This document shows positions 1-8,714 of a stretch of DNA of 64,000 nucleotides, piece after piece. The DNA comes from Patescibacteria group bacterium. GTDB taxonomy: Bacteria > Patescibacteriota > Patescibacteriia > XYB2-FULL-38-15. The notes beneath the pieces are model-generated. The model was not told where the DNA came from. It searched no databases and worked only from the letters and a program-made list of their open reading frames with translations. The position numbers and the translations under genes were made by a program. The DNA lies in the NCBI GenBank assembly GCA_041650995.1, contig JBAZJZ010000001.1, positions 299,302 to 363,301 on the forward strand, given 5' to 3'. Each line of letters starts with the position of its first letter. The stretch's first letter is position 1.

Positions 1-349
1 TTTGTTTATAAGTTTGTTCGGCAAAAACGGGTTTAACCAATCCGGATCTCACCAAAAAATTTCCCTCTATCTCCTCAGCCTGCTTATGCAAATCCATCAG
101 CAAATCGTAAACTTTTTTTCCCTTTTCTCTTACTACCTTCATTTGGTCGAGCATCTGTTCTGTGGTGTAGTTTTTATAGCCGTACATTGATAATCGAACA
201 TTTTCTTCCTGAAAGTTTAGATATTCGTTGTACAAAGATACGGACTGCTTATCAAAATTTTTTGTTTCTTTTGTTAAATTTTTCCAGGCAAAAAATGAAG
301 CTCCTGCGATCACCAAGATTATCATGATAAAAACAATTATTTTTTTCAT
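1..349 (-). CDS. hypothetical membrane-anchored protein, 3'-truncated at window edge
   Basis: Open minus-strand frame from ATG at 349-347 running off coordinate 1 (MKKIIVFIMIILVIAGASFFAWKNL...); N-terminal hydrophobic helix; not in ORF track because it lacks a stop inside the window. Confidence 0.35.
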   Translation of the reverse strand, partial: MKKIIVFIMIILVIAGASFFAWKNLTKETKNFDKQSVSLYNEYLNFQEENVRLSMYGYKNYTTEQMLDQMKVVREKGKKVYDLLMDLHKQAEEIEGNFLVRSGLVKPVFAEQTYKQ

Positions 350-425
350 AAATTTAATATTATTCTTTAGTTCTATAATTTTATTATCTCATTATCTTGT
401 CATCTGGTCAAAATAAAGGTTTCTT

Positions 426-456
426 TGGCTTCGGGGGTGGGATTCTTTCCGAACCC
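426..456. repeat. partial copy of tRNA-Asn 3' end (distal att-like repeat); a shorter echo catggctccg at 487-496
   Basis: 19/20 identity to 12485-12504, followed by gaacccc after a 5-nt insertion. Confidence 0.65.
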
Positions 457-549
457 CAACAATGAAAAAACGAGTATCTAGTGACACTCATTTTTTCATG
501 GCTCCGAGCTGTGAGAGAACTTAGAACTATCATTTTAAGCGGTTGGAAG

Positions 550-612
550 TCCTACGAACTGGACGCGGCCGTGGATATGCTGGAAGGAAAGTTCCCACTA
601 AACTACTAATTC
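550..612. repeat. 63-bp direct repeat copy A (pairs with 1053-1115)
   Basis: tcctacgaactggacgcGgccgtGgatatgctggaaggaaagttcccactAaactaCtaattc; 59/63 identical to copy B; flanks the 108-aa membrane protein gene. Confidence 0.8.
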
Positions 613-649
613 GATAAATTCCCTAAAAACTGGCGAGGAAATGAGAAAA

Positions 650-976
650 TTACTTTTTATACCCAACTACTAAATATAAAATTCCCGGAATAAGGGGTGT
701 AAGCAAATTAACGCTGAAGTTTGCGTCCGTTAAAAGTCCGACAACAAAACCGATTATTATAGGAATGATCACAAGAAATCCTCCTGCCTTGGGATATTTC
801 CAACCCAAAACCAAGCCGATAAAGACCAGTGGCATCATGGCCAGCGCGACATTTTCCCATAATGAATAATCCGGCTTGGCAAACGGCAAAGGATTGCCGT
901 AGCCGAAATAAAACGGCAAGGTAAAGATTAAAATACACAATGCAAGTATTCTGGCAACCCATTTTATTGCTTTCAT
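650..976 (-). CDS. small polytopic membrane protein (108 aa), unknown function
   Basis: ORF track; about four hydrophobic segments; bracketed by the 63-bp direct repeats. Confidence 0.5.
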   Translation of the reverse strand: MKAIKWVARILALCILIFTLPFYFGYGNPLPFAKPDYSLWENVALAMMPLVFIGLVLGWKYPKAGGFLVIIPIIIGFVVGLLTDANFSVNLLTPLIPGILYLVVGYKK

Positions 977-1052
977 ATTTTTATTGTTAGTTTAATTATT
1001 TTAAATTCCATCTATATTATAACAGGAATCGTTTTTATATGATATATGGCGC

Positions 1053-1115
1053 TCCTACGAACTGGACGCAGCCGTAGATATGCTGGAAGGAAAGTTCCCA
1101 CTGAACTATTAATTC
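1053..1115. repeat. 63-bp direct repeat copy B
   Basis: See copy A; it overlaps the stop codon of the 198-aa gene. Confidence 0.8.
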
Positions 1116-1705
1116 TTATGACGTTCTATCTCACGCGAAATTTTCTCTACCCCTTTATTGATCCCTTCAATATTTTTTGCCATCTCGTAAATTGGTGGCG
1201 TACCAAGCTGCCGTTCAACTAAACTCTTAAAACCCATAAGGTATTTATCGTTATAAGTATGTTCAAGGGAGTGATCACTATATTCCAACGAGATGGTCAC
1301 ATCTTTTTTCTGCAGGTCGTCTACTCTACCTACCAAAGAGAGTAAGGGAATTTTTATAGTTTGTTGAGGAGCGAGGGTGGGAAGACCGTTTTTTATAATT
1401 TCGATCTCGTTAAGATTTTCCTTCTCATTAAAAAGGGTCAAATTTCCGTCCACAATAAAGGAAATATTTCGAGCGATTCCGTTCCCGTAGTTACCGATCA
1501 CTAACTCTATCAAATTCAGCCAATCTTCCCTTTGAGCAATAAAAACTGCTATCCGAGGACGTCTATTTTCCTCCTCAGTTTTAGACATCAGCTGAACTGT
1601 GCGTTTCGTTTGCCATGCATAATAGGCCGTTATAACCACTAGCAGTAAAGTAGCAACTGCCTGAACAAAACCGCTATTATTATTTAACCAATTGACTATT
1701 TGCAT
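1109..1705 (-). CDS. hypothetical protein with N-terminal transmembrane anchor (198 aa)
   Basis: ORF track; N-terminal hydrophobic helix (AVATLLLVVITAYYAW); starts 5 bp after the 1261-aa ORF, so probably co-transcribed. Confidence 0.55.
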   Translation of the reverse strand: MQIVNWLNNNSGFVQAVATLLLVVITAYYAWQTKRTVQLMSKTEEENRRPRIAVFIAQREDWLNLIELVIGNYGNGIARNISFIVDGNLTLFNEKENLNEIEIIKNGLPTLAPQQTIKIPLLSLVGRVDDLQKKDVTISLEYSDHSLEHTYNDKYLMGFKSLVERQLGTPPIYEMAKNIEGINKGVEKISREIERHKN

Positions 1706-1709
1706 AAAA

Positions 1710-4700
1710 TTAATCCCAACGTAAATCTGTTAAATCTGATTCGATATCATGACCTTTAGCTTCGTTTTCGTATGACTCAGAAATAGACTTAAGCAATGCT
1801 CCAGTTCTTGGCCATCTATTTTTTACAGAATCACTCATAGCCTTATATCTTTGAGATAATTCACGCTCCTGCTTTCCTCCATCCATTAATCCGCGAGAAG
1901 TGACTCCTCGGCTATTATATATTTCAACTTGAACATGTTCGTCAATCGTCTTACTATTGAGCTTCTCTATAAGGTTTCTTACGGCTGTATGAGGCCATAC
2001 TCCATCTGGATCGCTGGGTGCATGGGCTAGTATAAAGCCTATCTGTAAATCGCCACCGATTGTGTGATTTGTTTCGGCACATTTCTCCCTGGCAGATTCG
2101 ACCCACTCAGTCAATTCTTTTTCATCGACACTTCCGTCACTTTTTACGCCCGGCAATAGATACCAAGAGTCTAGTGCTTCGCGGGCAACACGTGCTCGTC
2201 TTTCAAGTAATATATCATCCACTTTTTCTTTTTCCGGATCGGGCGCACGATCATCTCGCCTGTAAATAAATGAAATTAATTGGGCAAAAAAACCTGGGTC
2301 TTTTTGTAATAATCTATGAATCGCAGTAGATGATGAAGTATATCGTTTTAAATCGTCAAAAAGAGCAGCGAAAGGCCATTCTAATTTAACCATTTCTTCC
2401 ATGGAGAGATCATCATTTTTATAGAGCTGATCGAAAACATGACCCAAATGATATTCCTCCATTACACCTGCTTTTAACTTTTTATCCTCAAGCTTTAAAA
2501 TCTCTTCGAGTAATCGTTTAAGTAATATACTTGGAAGTAATAACTTGGGATCGCCCGCAATCCGTAATGCCACCTCTGGCCGTTTTACATCGAGTAGTTT
2601 TTCAATAGCAATAGGTGCTTCCTCGCTTTTGTCAGCCCTAGAATAACCGCTTGCAATTTTCCAATAAGCCTCCTCGGCCTCTTTACCTTGGGAGTTAACG
2701 GCTGACCAGGTTTCCGCGTTTTCTGGTAATCCAAGATACAAAAGCGCACACGCTTCAGATGAATAATTCCCCTTGGTTTTTAAACGTTTGATTTGCTGCT
2801 CAACCCATCCTGGTCCAGCGACCTCAACTCTTCCAAGTGCGTATCCTCGGATAAGAAGCGATGCATCGCCAATTCGGTCGATCATCCCATCTAAATTTTT
2901 TGCATCCTCTTCCTCGTCACAGATTACTTTACCGAGCGCATGACCAAGAACTCCTACGTATTGGATCGTTCCAGCATATTCGATAATTCGCTCTAAGGAT
3001 GCCTTGTCGAGTACCTCACGAGCCACTTTTTCTCGACTCGCATTTATAGTGGTATCCTTTGCGTCATATCCTTTTGGCTCCCCCTCGGGTAATCGTGGCC
3101 ATGGATCACTTAAAAGCCAGCCAACACGGTCCAGTATGTCTTCGGGTTGGAATTTTTCAAGCACTCGATATAGAGCAGGGACTTGTTTTTTTCTTTCATC
3201 ATCTCCATAGCTATTGACCCAATTACACGCCTCTCTAATACATTGGAGCAACCTAATTTTTTCTTCCCTTGAAAATGAATTAATATCGGCTTCTTCGAGT
3301 GTATTTAAAAGTTTTTCCCTGATTTCTAAAGGTAGTCGCGTAAATTCGTCGACGGATGAAATAAGATTCTCTCTTGAACATGCTAAATCGGTAAGTTTCG
3401 GTATTAATCCAGCCACATACTTCTGATGAGTCTCATTGCCTTCTGGCTCAAGTCCACGGCGATTGCCACCCATATCGCGCCAGCGAAACCGGTGTGCTTC
3501 GCTCATAGAACCATCCCCAAAATAATGCTGAGCGAATTTCCAAACAGTCTGCGAATCTTTAACAGTTATTGTGTCCCATGTAGCCAAACGTTCTTCTGGT
3601 GTTGCATACGTTTGTGGAAGCCCAGGAACAAAAATATCTTTCAAACTATTTATGGCTCGATTATTCCAGGTGCCGCCCTTATCAATTCTGGCTAGATCAA
3701 ATAACAAATTCACTGCGCGAAAAAAATATTCTGAGCTCCATGCCATACCCTCTAATGCCCAAAGTAAGCCAGAATGTTTACAGTCACCAAATATACCTCC
3801 CTCGTCAGTCATTAATTCCTGAAAAAGAGCTGGAAATTTTTTTATTTGTTGTTCTGTGGCCTCCATAAAATCATCTGGGGCAGCCTCAGCAAGAAGTGGA
3901 GTGACGTCTTTCAAAGATGCCCAAGTCTCCCATTTATCTGCATTAGCAAAAACTTCTTTGACTACTTGATTAGCAAAGGTTTGTGTAGATGAAATATGCG
4001 AGGAACGATTTCCATATACCGCAATTAGGACTAATGATTCCACTATACCGGTTCTAAGCCATTCTGAGTAAGGGTTTGATTTACCGTAGATTCCCGCTGC
4101 CCATCGTTTATCAGCAGACAATTCATATTTTGGGTCTGTCTTAGTAAGAACTGAAAGGATCGCTCGTTCAAATAGCTTCAAATCAGCTTCAGTCAAATGC
4201 TGTGCGAGCATAAACCATGCATCCAGTGGAGATTTAAGCATCCAAATGCTCCCGACTTTACGTATTGGAGCGTCATCAGTTGAAAGAAATGGTTTTAATT
4301 TTTCAATAAATTTATCGTGCGATTCTCCTGATAAAAGCTCAATAACTTGTCTATCTCCGTCCTTGCGTTCGTCCCAAGAACCAACAAATAAAACAGGCAA
4401 TAAAACCCTGGCTGAGGTTTCTTCCGCCCAGGTTGGGGCCTTTGCACTGGATAAAAATAGATGCCGACGCAGCACCGGAATACTTCTGCCCATATCACGT
4501 GCTATACGTTGAGCCTCTACTTCAGATAGACCATTTTTATTTAAATTCTTCTCAATTATTTCGCGTCTAGGACGGGATAATTCAAAAAGATTGCTTCGAA
4601 AATCGATTGATTTAGAATCAGCGCTAAGAAAAACATAATGACCTTTTTCAACTGCAAAACCTGCTGCTTCCCGGCACTCTGCCGGAGCGGCTATAATAAG

Positions 4701-5495
4701 AGAATTCTGGAAAGTAGTAGCACAAGACCTTAGCTGGTTAATGTTTTCAACTAATACGCAACGAGACAGGGCTCGTATTTTTTCGTTTTCAGGAAGGTTT
4801 GCAATCGCACTATACAAGAATGCAAATGGTTCATCGGGAGAATCTCCGCGGACCTCAAGAATCGAAGGACCTTTGGCTATCCATTGCTGAATCCTTTCCA
4901 TATCTGAAAGGCGGCCGCCAATAACAATCTCCGTTGTCATTTTAGGTTTTGTTGCAGCTGACCATTCTTCCCAAAAACCTTCTATATCACGAATGTTATC
5001 TGATAAATTCTTAATTTGTCTGCCCAACCATAGAGCCACGGCTGGAGCTAAATCAAGCCATTGCTCAATAGCATCGGCAGCAATTACTCTGACATCTTTC
5101 CAAGCGGCAGTGGCTCTTTTTTCGTTTTGCCATTTTACTCTACCAGGCCAAGCTCTGGGAGTAACAAAAACAAAACTGGTATCTTTCTGGGTAAACCCTA
5201 AAGGATCGGCAGTGCGTTTTAAGTAATCCTCTTCTGCTTTTTTACCTGGCGAAGCTTCTGTTCCGATCTCCCAAGCAGAACTTCCTGTCGGGAAAAGAGT
5301 AGAAGCTACGGGTGTTTTTAAACGACCATCCCATCCGGGATTTGCAACGCTGTCACCACTAGGAAACTCAATTTCTTCAATGGTTGGAGCAGTAGCAAAA
5401 ACAAGACGGCGGATAAGTTCCGGCAACGTCTGAGCACAATGTCGTTGATTGCTAGTTATCCAATTTTTAATATCTCCTGCTGTTATCCACTTCAT
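1710..5495 (-). CDS. large uncharacterised protein (1261 aa); island cargo, possible defence/abortive-infection component
   Basis: Single uninterrupted 3.8-kb ORF, Trp-rich, no clear P-loop apart from a weak AAGIYGKS; no family recognised by eye. Confidence 0.7.
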   Translation of the reverse strand: MKWITAGDIKNWITSNQRHCAQTLPELIRRLVFATAPTIEEIEFPSGDSVANPGWDGRLKTPVASTLFPTGSSAWEIGTEASPGKKAEEDYLKRTADPLGFTQKDTSFVFVTPRAWPGRVKWQNEKRATAAWKDVRVIAADAIEQWLDLAPAVALWLGRQIKNLSDNIRDIEGFWEEWSAATKPKMTTEIVIGGRLSDMERIQQWIAKGPSILEVRGDSPDEPFAFLYSAIANLPENEKIRALSRCVLVENINQLRSCATTFQNSLIIAAPAECREAAGFAVEKGHYVFLSADSKSIDFRSNLFELSRPRREIIEKNLNKNGLSEVEAQRIARDMGRSIPVLRRHLFLSSAKAPTWAEETSARVLLPVLFVGSWDERKDGDRQVIELLSGESHDKFIEKLKPFLSTDDAPIRKVGSIWMLKSPLDAWFMLAQHLTEADLKLFERAILSVLTKTDPKYELSADKRWAAGIYGKSNPYSEWLRTGIVESLVLIAVYGNRSSHISSTQTFANQVVKEVFANADKWETWASLKDVTPLLAEAAPDDFMEATEQQIKKFPALFQELMTDEGGIFGDCKHSGLLWALEGMAWSSEYFFRAVNLLFDLARIDKGGTWNNRAINSLKDIFVPGLPQTYATPEERLATWDTITVKDSQTVWKFAQHYFGDGSMSEAHRFRWRDMGGNRRGLEPEGNETHQKYVAGLIPKLTDLACSRENLISSVDEFTRLPLEIREKLLNTLEEADINSFSREEKIRLLQCIREACNWVNSYGDDERKKQVPALYRVLEKFQPEDILDRVGWLLSDPWPRLPEGEPKGYDAKDTTINASREKVAREVLDKASLERIIEYAGTIQYVGVLGHALGKVICDEEEDAKNLDGMIDRIGDASLLIRGYALGRVEVAGPGWVEQQIKRLKTKGNYSSEACALLYLGLPENAETWSAVNSQGKEAEEAYWKIASGYSRADKSEEAPIAIEKLLDVKRPEVALRIAGDPKLLLPSILLKRLLEEILKLEDKKLKAGVMEEYHLGHVFDQLYKNDDLSMEEMVKLEWPFAALFDDLKRYTSSSTAIHRLLQKDPGFFAQLISFIYRRDDRAPDPEKEKVDDILLERRARVAREALDSWYLLPGVKSDGSVDEKELTEWVESAREKCAETNHTIGGDLQIGFILAHAPSDPDGVWPHTAVRNLIEKLNSKTIDEHVQVEIYNSRGVTSRGLMDGGKQERELSQRYKAMSDSVKNRWPRTGALLKSISESYENEAKGHDIESDLTDLRWD

Positions 5496-5496
5496 A

Positions 5497-5512
5497 AATT
5501 ATTTAAATAATT
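5497..5512. promoter_or_regulatory. 16-bp perfect palindrome AATTATTTAAATAATT in the divergent promoter region between the 1261-aa ORF and the LexA-MTase gene; candidate operator
   Basis: Exact dyad symmetry, read directly. Confidence 0.4.
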
Positions 5513-5596
5513 ATTCACAATAGAGGGTATTCCATTTTCGTAAGATTTTCGGTATACTATAAATATATCACTTAGTTTTAAAAACATCAATCCATT

Positions 5597-7195
5597 ATGC
5601 CTATACCAATTACAAAAAGACAAAAAGAAGTTTTAGACTTCATTAAGGGGTTCGTAAAAAAGAAGAAATATCCCCCAACTCTAGAGGAAATATGTAGTGG
5701 GCTTAAGCTTTCCGCTGTATCTACTGTTCATCAACACATTGAAGCTCTTGCCGAAAAAGGATACCTAAAAAAGGCCGGCAATAATGCCCGGTCAATTGAT
5801 GTGAGCGAACCAGAAACAATGATTAAAATTCCTCTACTTGGAACAATTGCGGCCGGAGAACCGATTGAAGCAATTCAGCAAAATGAATTTATTGCTGTAC
5901 CCAAAACAAAATTACCGGCGCATGGTGAAGTTTATGCCCTTCGAGTAATTGGCAACAGTATGATCGACGAGAATATTAACGATGGAGATATTGTCCTGGT
6001 TAAACATCAGAGTACAGCTGAAAACGGCCAAAAAATTGTCGCGCTTATAAACAATCAAGAAACTACCTTAAAAAAATTCTATAAAGAAAAGGGGCACATA
6101 CGTTTACAACCGGCAAATAAAACCATCGAACCTATTATTTTAGACAGAGGAACTCCATTGGCTATCCAGGGAATAGTTTTGGATGTAATAGAAAGTCAAC
6201 CAAGAATAGAGGTCTCAAACAAACAAGAGCCAAAAAAAGAGACTGCGCAGCAACTCCTTTCGCTATCACAAAAGAAAATTAAAATTTCTCATAAACCAGC
6301 CACAGATGCCGACGTGATACTTTTTCATGGTGACCGGCTTGATCTTATGAAAGGATTACCTGATAAATCCGTAAAACTTGTCGTCACTTCACCACCATAC
6401 AACATTGGCAAAGAATACGAAAAAAGAAAAGATTTAGATTTGTATCTGGCCGAACAAGAAGAAACTATAAAAGAAGCGATCCGTATTCTTACTGATGATG
6501 GCAGTATTTGCTGGCAGGTTGGAAATCATATCGGCAAAGACGGTGAGGTCTTTCCGCTCGATGCGCTCATTTATGCTATAGGGAAAAAACTAGGTCTTAA
6601 ATTACGGAATAGAATTATTTGGCGATTTGGGCACGGCCTACATTGTACAAAGAGGTTTTCAGGACGACACGAAACGATTGTTTGGTTTACCAAGGGCGAT
6701 AATTATACTTTCAACCTTGATCCTGTCCGCGTGCCCCAAAAGTATCCAGGCAAAAAGAATTTTAAGAAAAATGAAAAGTATGGAACCTTATCAGGCAATC
6801 CCCTAGGAAAGAACCCTGAAGATGTGTGGGATATACCAAACGTCAAAAATAATCATCCGGAAAAAACAAATCATCCATGCCAGTTTCCAATTGAGCTTAT
6901 AGAGCGTTTGATATTATCCATGACCAACCCGGGAGATGCTGTGCTTGATCCGTATTTGGGCGTAGGGAGCGCAATCTGCGCTGCAGTGATTCATAACCGC
7001 AAAGGATATGGATCGGACATTATGAAGGGGTATTTGGATACTGCTGAAGAAAGAGTCAAGGCAGCTGCAAATGGCACACTAAACCGCCGGATGATGGGAA
7101 CACCGGTTTATCAACCAACCAGCAATGTAAAGCTTGCTGAATTACCAGATGAGTTTAAGAAAGCTCGTGAGAGTCTATTTGGGCCCGGGCTTTGA
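5597..7195 (+). CDS. LexA-like repressor (HTH plus S24 autopeptidase) fused to a beta-class DNA N4-C/N6-A methyltransferase (M.BglII-like)
   Basis: N-terminal half: LexA wHTH (TLEEICSGLKLSAVSTVHQHIEALAEKGYLKK), Ala-Gly cleavage site (IAAGEPIEA), Ser nucleophile (GNSMIDENINDGDIVLV) and Lys (TLKKFY). C-terminal half: VVTSPPYNIGKEY (motif IV DPPY-type) followed by LDPYLGVGSAICAA (motif I FxGxG); this beta-class order is read as N4C/N6A. Confidence 0.8.
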   Translation: MPIPITKRQKEVLDFIKGFVKKKKYPPTLEEICSGLKLSAVSTVHQHIEALAEKGYLKKAGNNARSIDVSEPETMIKIPLLGTIAAGEPIEAIQQNEFIAVPKTKLPAHGEVYALRVIGNSMIDENINDGDIVLVKHQSTAENGQKIVALINNQETTLKKFYKEKGHIRLQPANKTIEPIILDRGTPLAIQGIVLDVIESQPRIEVSNKQEPKKETAQQLLSLSQKKIKISHKPATDADVILFHGDRLDLMKGLPDKSVKLVVTSPPYNIGKEYEKRKDLDLYLAEQEETIKEAIRILTDDGSICWQVGNHIGKDGEVFPLDALIYAIGKKLGLKLRNRIIWRFGHGLHCTKRFSGRHETIVWFTKGDNYTFNLDPVRVPQKYPGKKNFKKNEKYGTLSGNPLGKNPEDVWDIPNVKNNHPEKTNHPCQFPIELIERLILSMTNPGDAVLDPYLGVGSAICAAVIHNRKGYGSDIMKGYLDTAEERVKAAANGTLNRRMMGTPVYQPTSNVKLAELPDEFKKARESLFGPGL

Positions 7196-7849
7196 CCCGT
7201 TGTATTTGCGAAGTTTTATTTTTGCTAGAGCCTCTGTTTTATTTGTTTTGAAAAGCTCTCTAAGAGTTTGGGATTTTGTTTTTTCTTCATCGGTCAAGCC
7301 GATACTTAAAACGAATACCGGAATATCAATATTACTTTCTCCTCGATTCTCAAAATCAACAAGTAGCTGTTCAAATGAGGAAACGCCGGTAGACATCAAT
7401 TTTACTAGCTCACTACTAGGCACGATCTCTATTCCGCATTCGATATATTTGAGATTTTTGAAAATGATCATCTTAGAAAAAATGTCATAACCCATAAAGG
7501 CATATTTTCCAAACTGAATTTCCAACCCAACTTTATTTTTTATTCCATCCATTTCACGAAATCTGCCTTTACCAAAAGCATGACGTGGCTCAACGAAATC
7601 CCGTTTCTTACCGTCTTTTGATTTCTCGGTCCAACCCTTTTTGTGAAGCTCATGTTTTAAATAATCATTCATGTCCACCGGCGAGAAGAGAACTTGTCCT
7701 TTTTTAGTTTTTTCTTTGCTCTCCTTCGTTAAACAAATAGTGCTATCCAAGGATTTTATTGCATTAAAAACTTCCTGAAGTTCTTTCGGGTGTTTTTCTT
7801 TGAGAAATTTCTCTCCGCCCTTAAATGAATAAGTATTGATAACCTTCAT
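7175..7849 (-). CDS. type II restriction endonuclease, BglII/BstYI family
   Basis: 224 aa. By-eye similarity to BglII: FSPVDMNDYLKHELHKKGW versus FDPVGTNQYIKDELVPKHW, and GLEIQFGKYAFMGYDIF versus LVEVQFSNYPFLLNNTV. Tail-to-tail with the MTase, overlapping it by 21 bp. Confidence 0.65.
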   Translation of the reverse strand: MKVINTYSFKGGEKFLKEKHPKELQEVFNAIKSLDSTICLTKESKEKTKKGQVLFSPVDMNDYLKHELHKKGWTEKSKDGKKRDFVEPRHAFGKGRFREMDGIKNKVGLEIQFGKYAFMGYDIFSKMIIFKNLKYIECGIEIVPSSELVKLMSTGVSSFEQLLVDFENRGESNIDIPVFVLSIGLTDEEKTKSQTLRELFKTNKTEALAKIKLRKYNGSKPGPK

Positions 7850-7965
7850 AAACCTATCTAAATTAGAAATCCCTTATAACTACAGGATATCAGAGAAATT
7901 GAAAAAAATCTATAACTAAGTTTTTGTCAGCTTTTGCCAGAATAATTTATCCACAGGGGGCCCTA

Positions 7966-8124
7966 TTGACGGCGGCCTTTATGGTCCGCTATTATGGACC
8001 TGTAAGATAGGAGTTTGCCTGACGGCGTTCCGATTTATCGGAACTAAGTGAGACGAGGCTACGACTTCTGTCATTAAGCACTACGTGTTTTTTGCTTGAT
8101 GATTAGAAGTGGTAGCCTCTTTTT
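7966..8124 (+). ncRNA. candidate small RNA: sigma70-like promoter (TTGACG-18-TATTAT, 7966-7995) to an intrinsic terminator (gaggctacgacttctg...tagaagtggtagcctc plus T5, 8055-8124)
   Basis: Promoter-like hexamers and a long GC-rich hairpin followed by a T-run in an otherwise AT-rich intergenic region; internal hairpin gttccgatttatcggaac. Confidence 0.3.
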
Positions 8125-8230
8125 ATTTATATAAATTAATTTAATACCCTTCTGAGGCAATCGCCTGGATAGGACATACATTTTGATAAGACGAGATTAG
8201 AGGCTAGCTCCCAGTTGGGGCCAGCCTTTT

Positions 8231-8431
8231 ATGTTGCCCCAAGAAGCAGTCCAACAATTCAAAGAATTATACGAAAAACGCTACGGCGTAAATCTCACTG
8301 ACGAGGAGGCTTCTTTGCGCGCTAACAATCTTTTTAATCTTTATAAAATCACCTATATCGGTGAACCTTCAATAAAAGACTTTAATAAAAAAGTAGTGAA
8401 AAGCCATGACCTCAAACCAAACCATAATTAG
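8231..8431 (+). CDS. hypothetical small protein (66 aa)
   Basis: ORF track only. Confidence 0.3.
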   Translation: MLPQEAVQQFKELYEKRYGVNLTDEEASLRANNLFNLYKITYIGEPSIKDFNKKVVKSHDLKPNHN

Positions 8432-8714
8432 CGAAATCCAATTCTACCCCGTTAAGCCCAAGGACGGACTCCTCGGGTTCGTTTCGTTTGTCCTGGACGG
8501 AAAATTCTGGATGGGGTCAGTGGCAGTATTCAGCAGGCCAGATGGCAATTACAGGTTGGTTTATCCGACACGTAAAGTAGCGGGTCAGAATATTAATATT
8601 TTTCATCCGATCACATATGAGGTCGGCCAACAGGTCGAAGTGGCCGTCAGTGAAAAAGTAGCTGAAATATTTAGTGAAAATTATGGACCAGACGAACCAA
8701 CAAGAAGCGAATGA
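8406..8714 (+). CDS. spoVG: SpoVG-family protein
   Basis: GFVSFVLDGKFWMGSVAVFSRPDGNYRLVYPTRKVAGQNINIFHPITYEVGQQVEVAV matches the SpoVG core (ASITIDNEFVVHDLRVIDG...RTPDGEFRDIAHPIN). Confidence 0.6.
   Translation: MTSNQTIISEIQFYPVKPKDGLLGFVSFVLDGKFWMGSVAVFSRPDGNYRLVYPTRKVAGQNINIFHPITYEVGQQVEVAVSEKVAEIFSENYGPDEPTRSE

Noticed and set aside
550-1115. Integron-style gene cassettes with attC sites (63-bp repeats after consecutive genes), and an integron interpretation of the GC-rich array
   Set aside because: No intI-type tyrosine integrase. The repeats lack the imperfect-palindrome attC organisation and GTTRRRY-like core sites, and the repeat positions relative to stop codons differ. Kept only as unexplained repeats.
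2060-5226. Plus-strand ORFs nested inside the 1261-aa minus-strand gene (2060-2269, 3004-3868 block, 4246-4512, 4993-5226)
   Set aside because: Short, overlapping a long well-supported ORF on the opposite strand, with no start-site signals. Typical antisense shadow ORFs.
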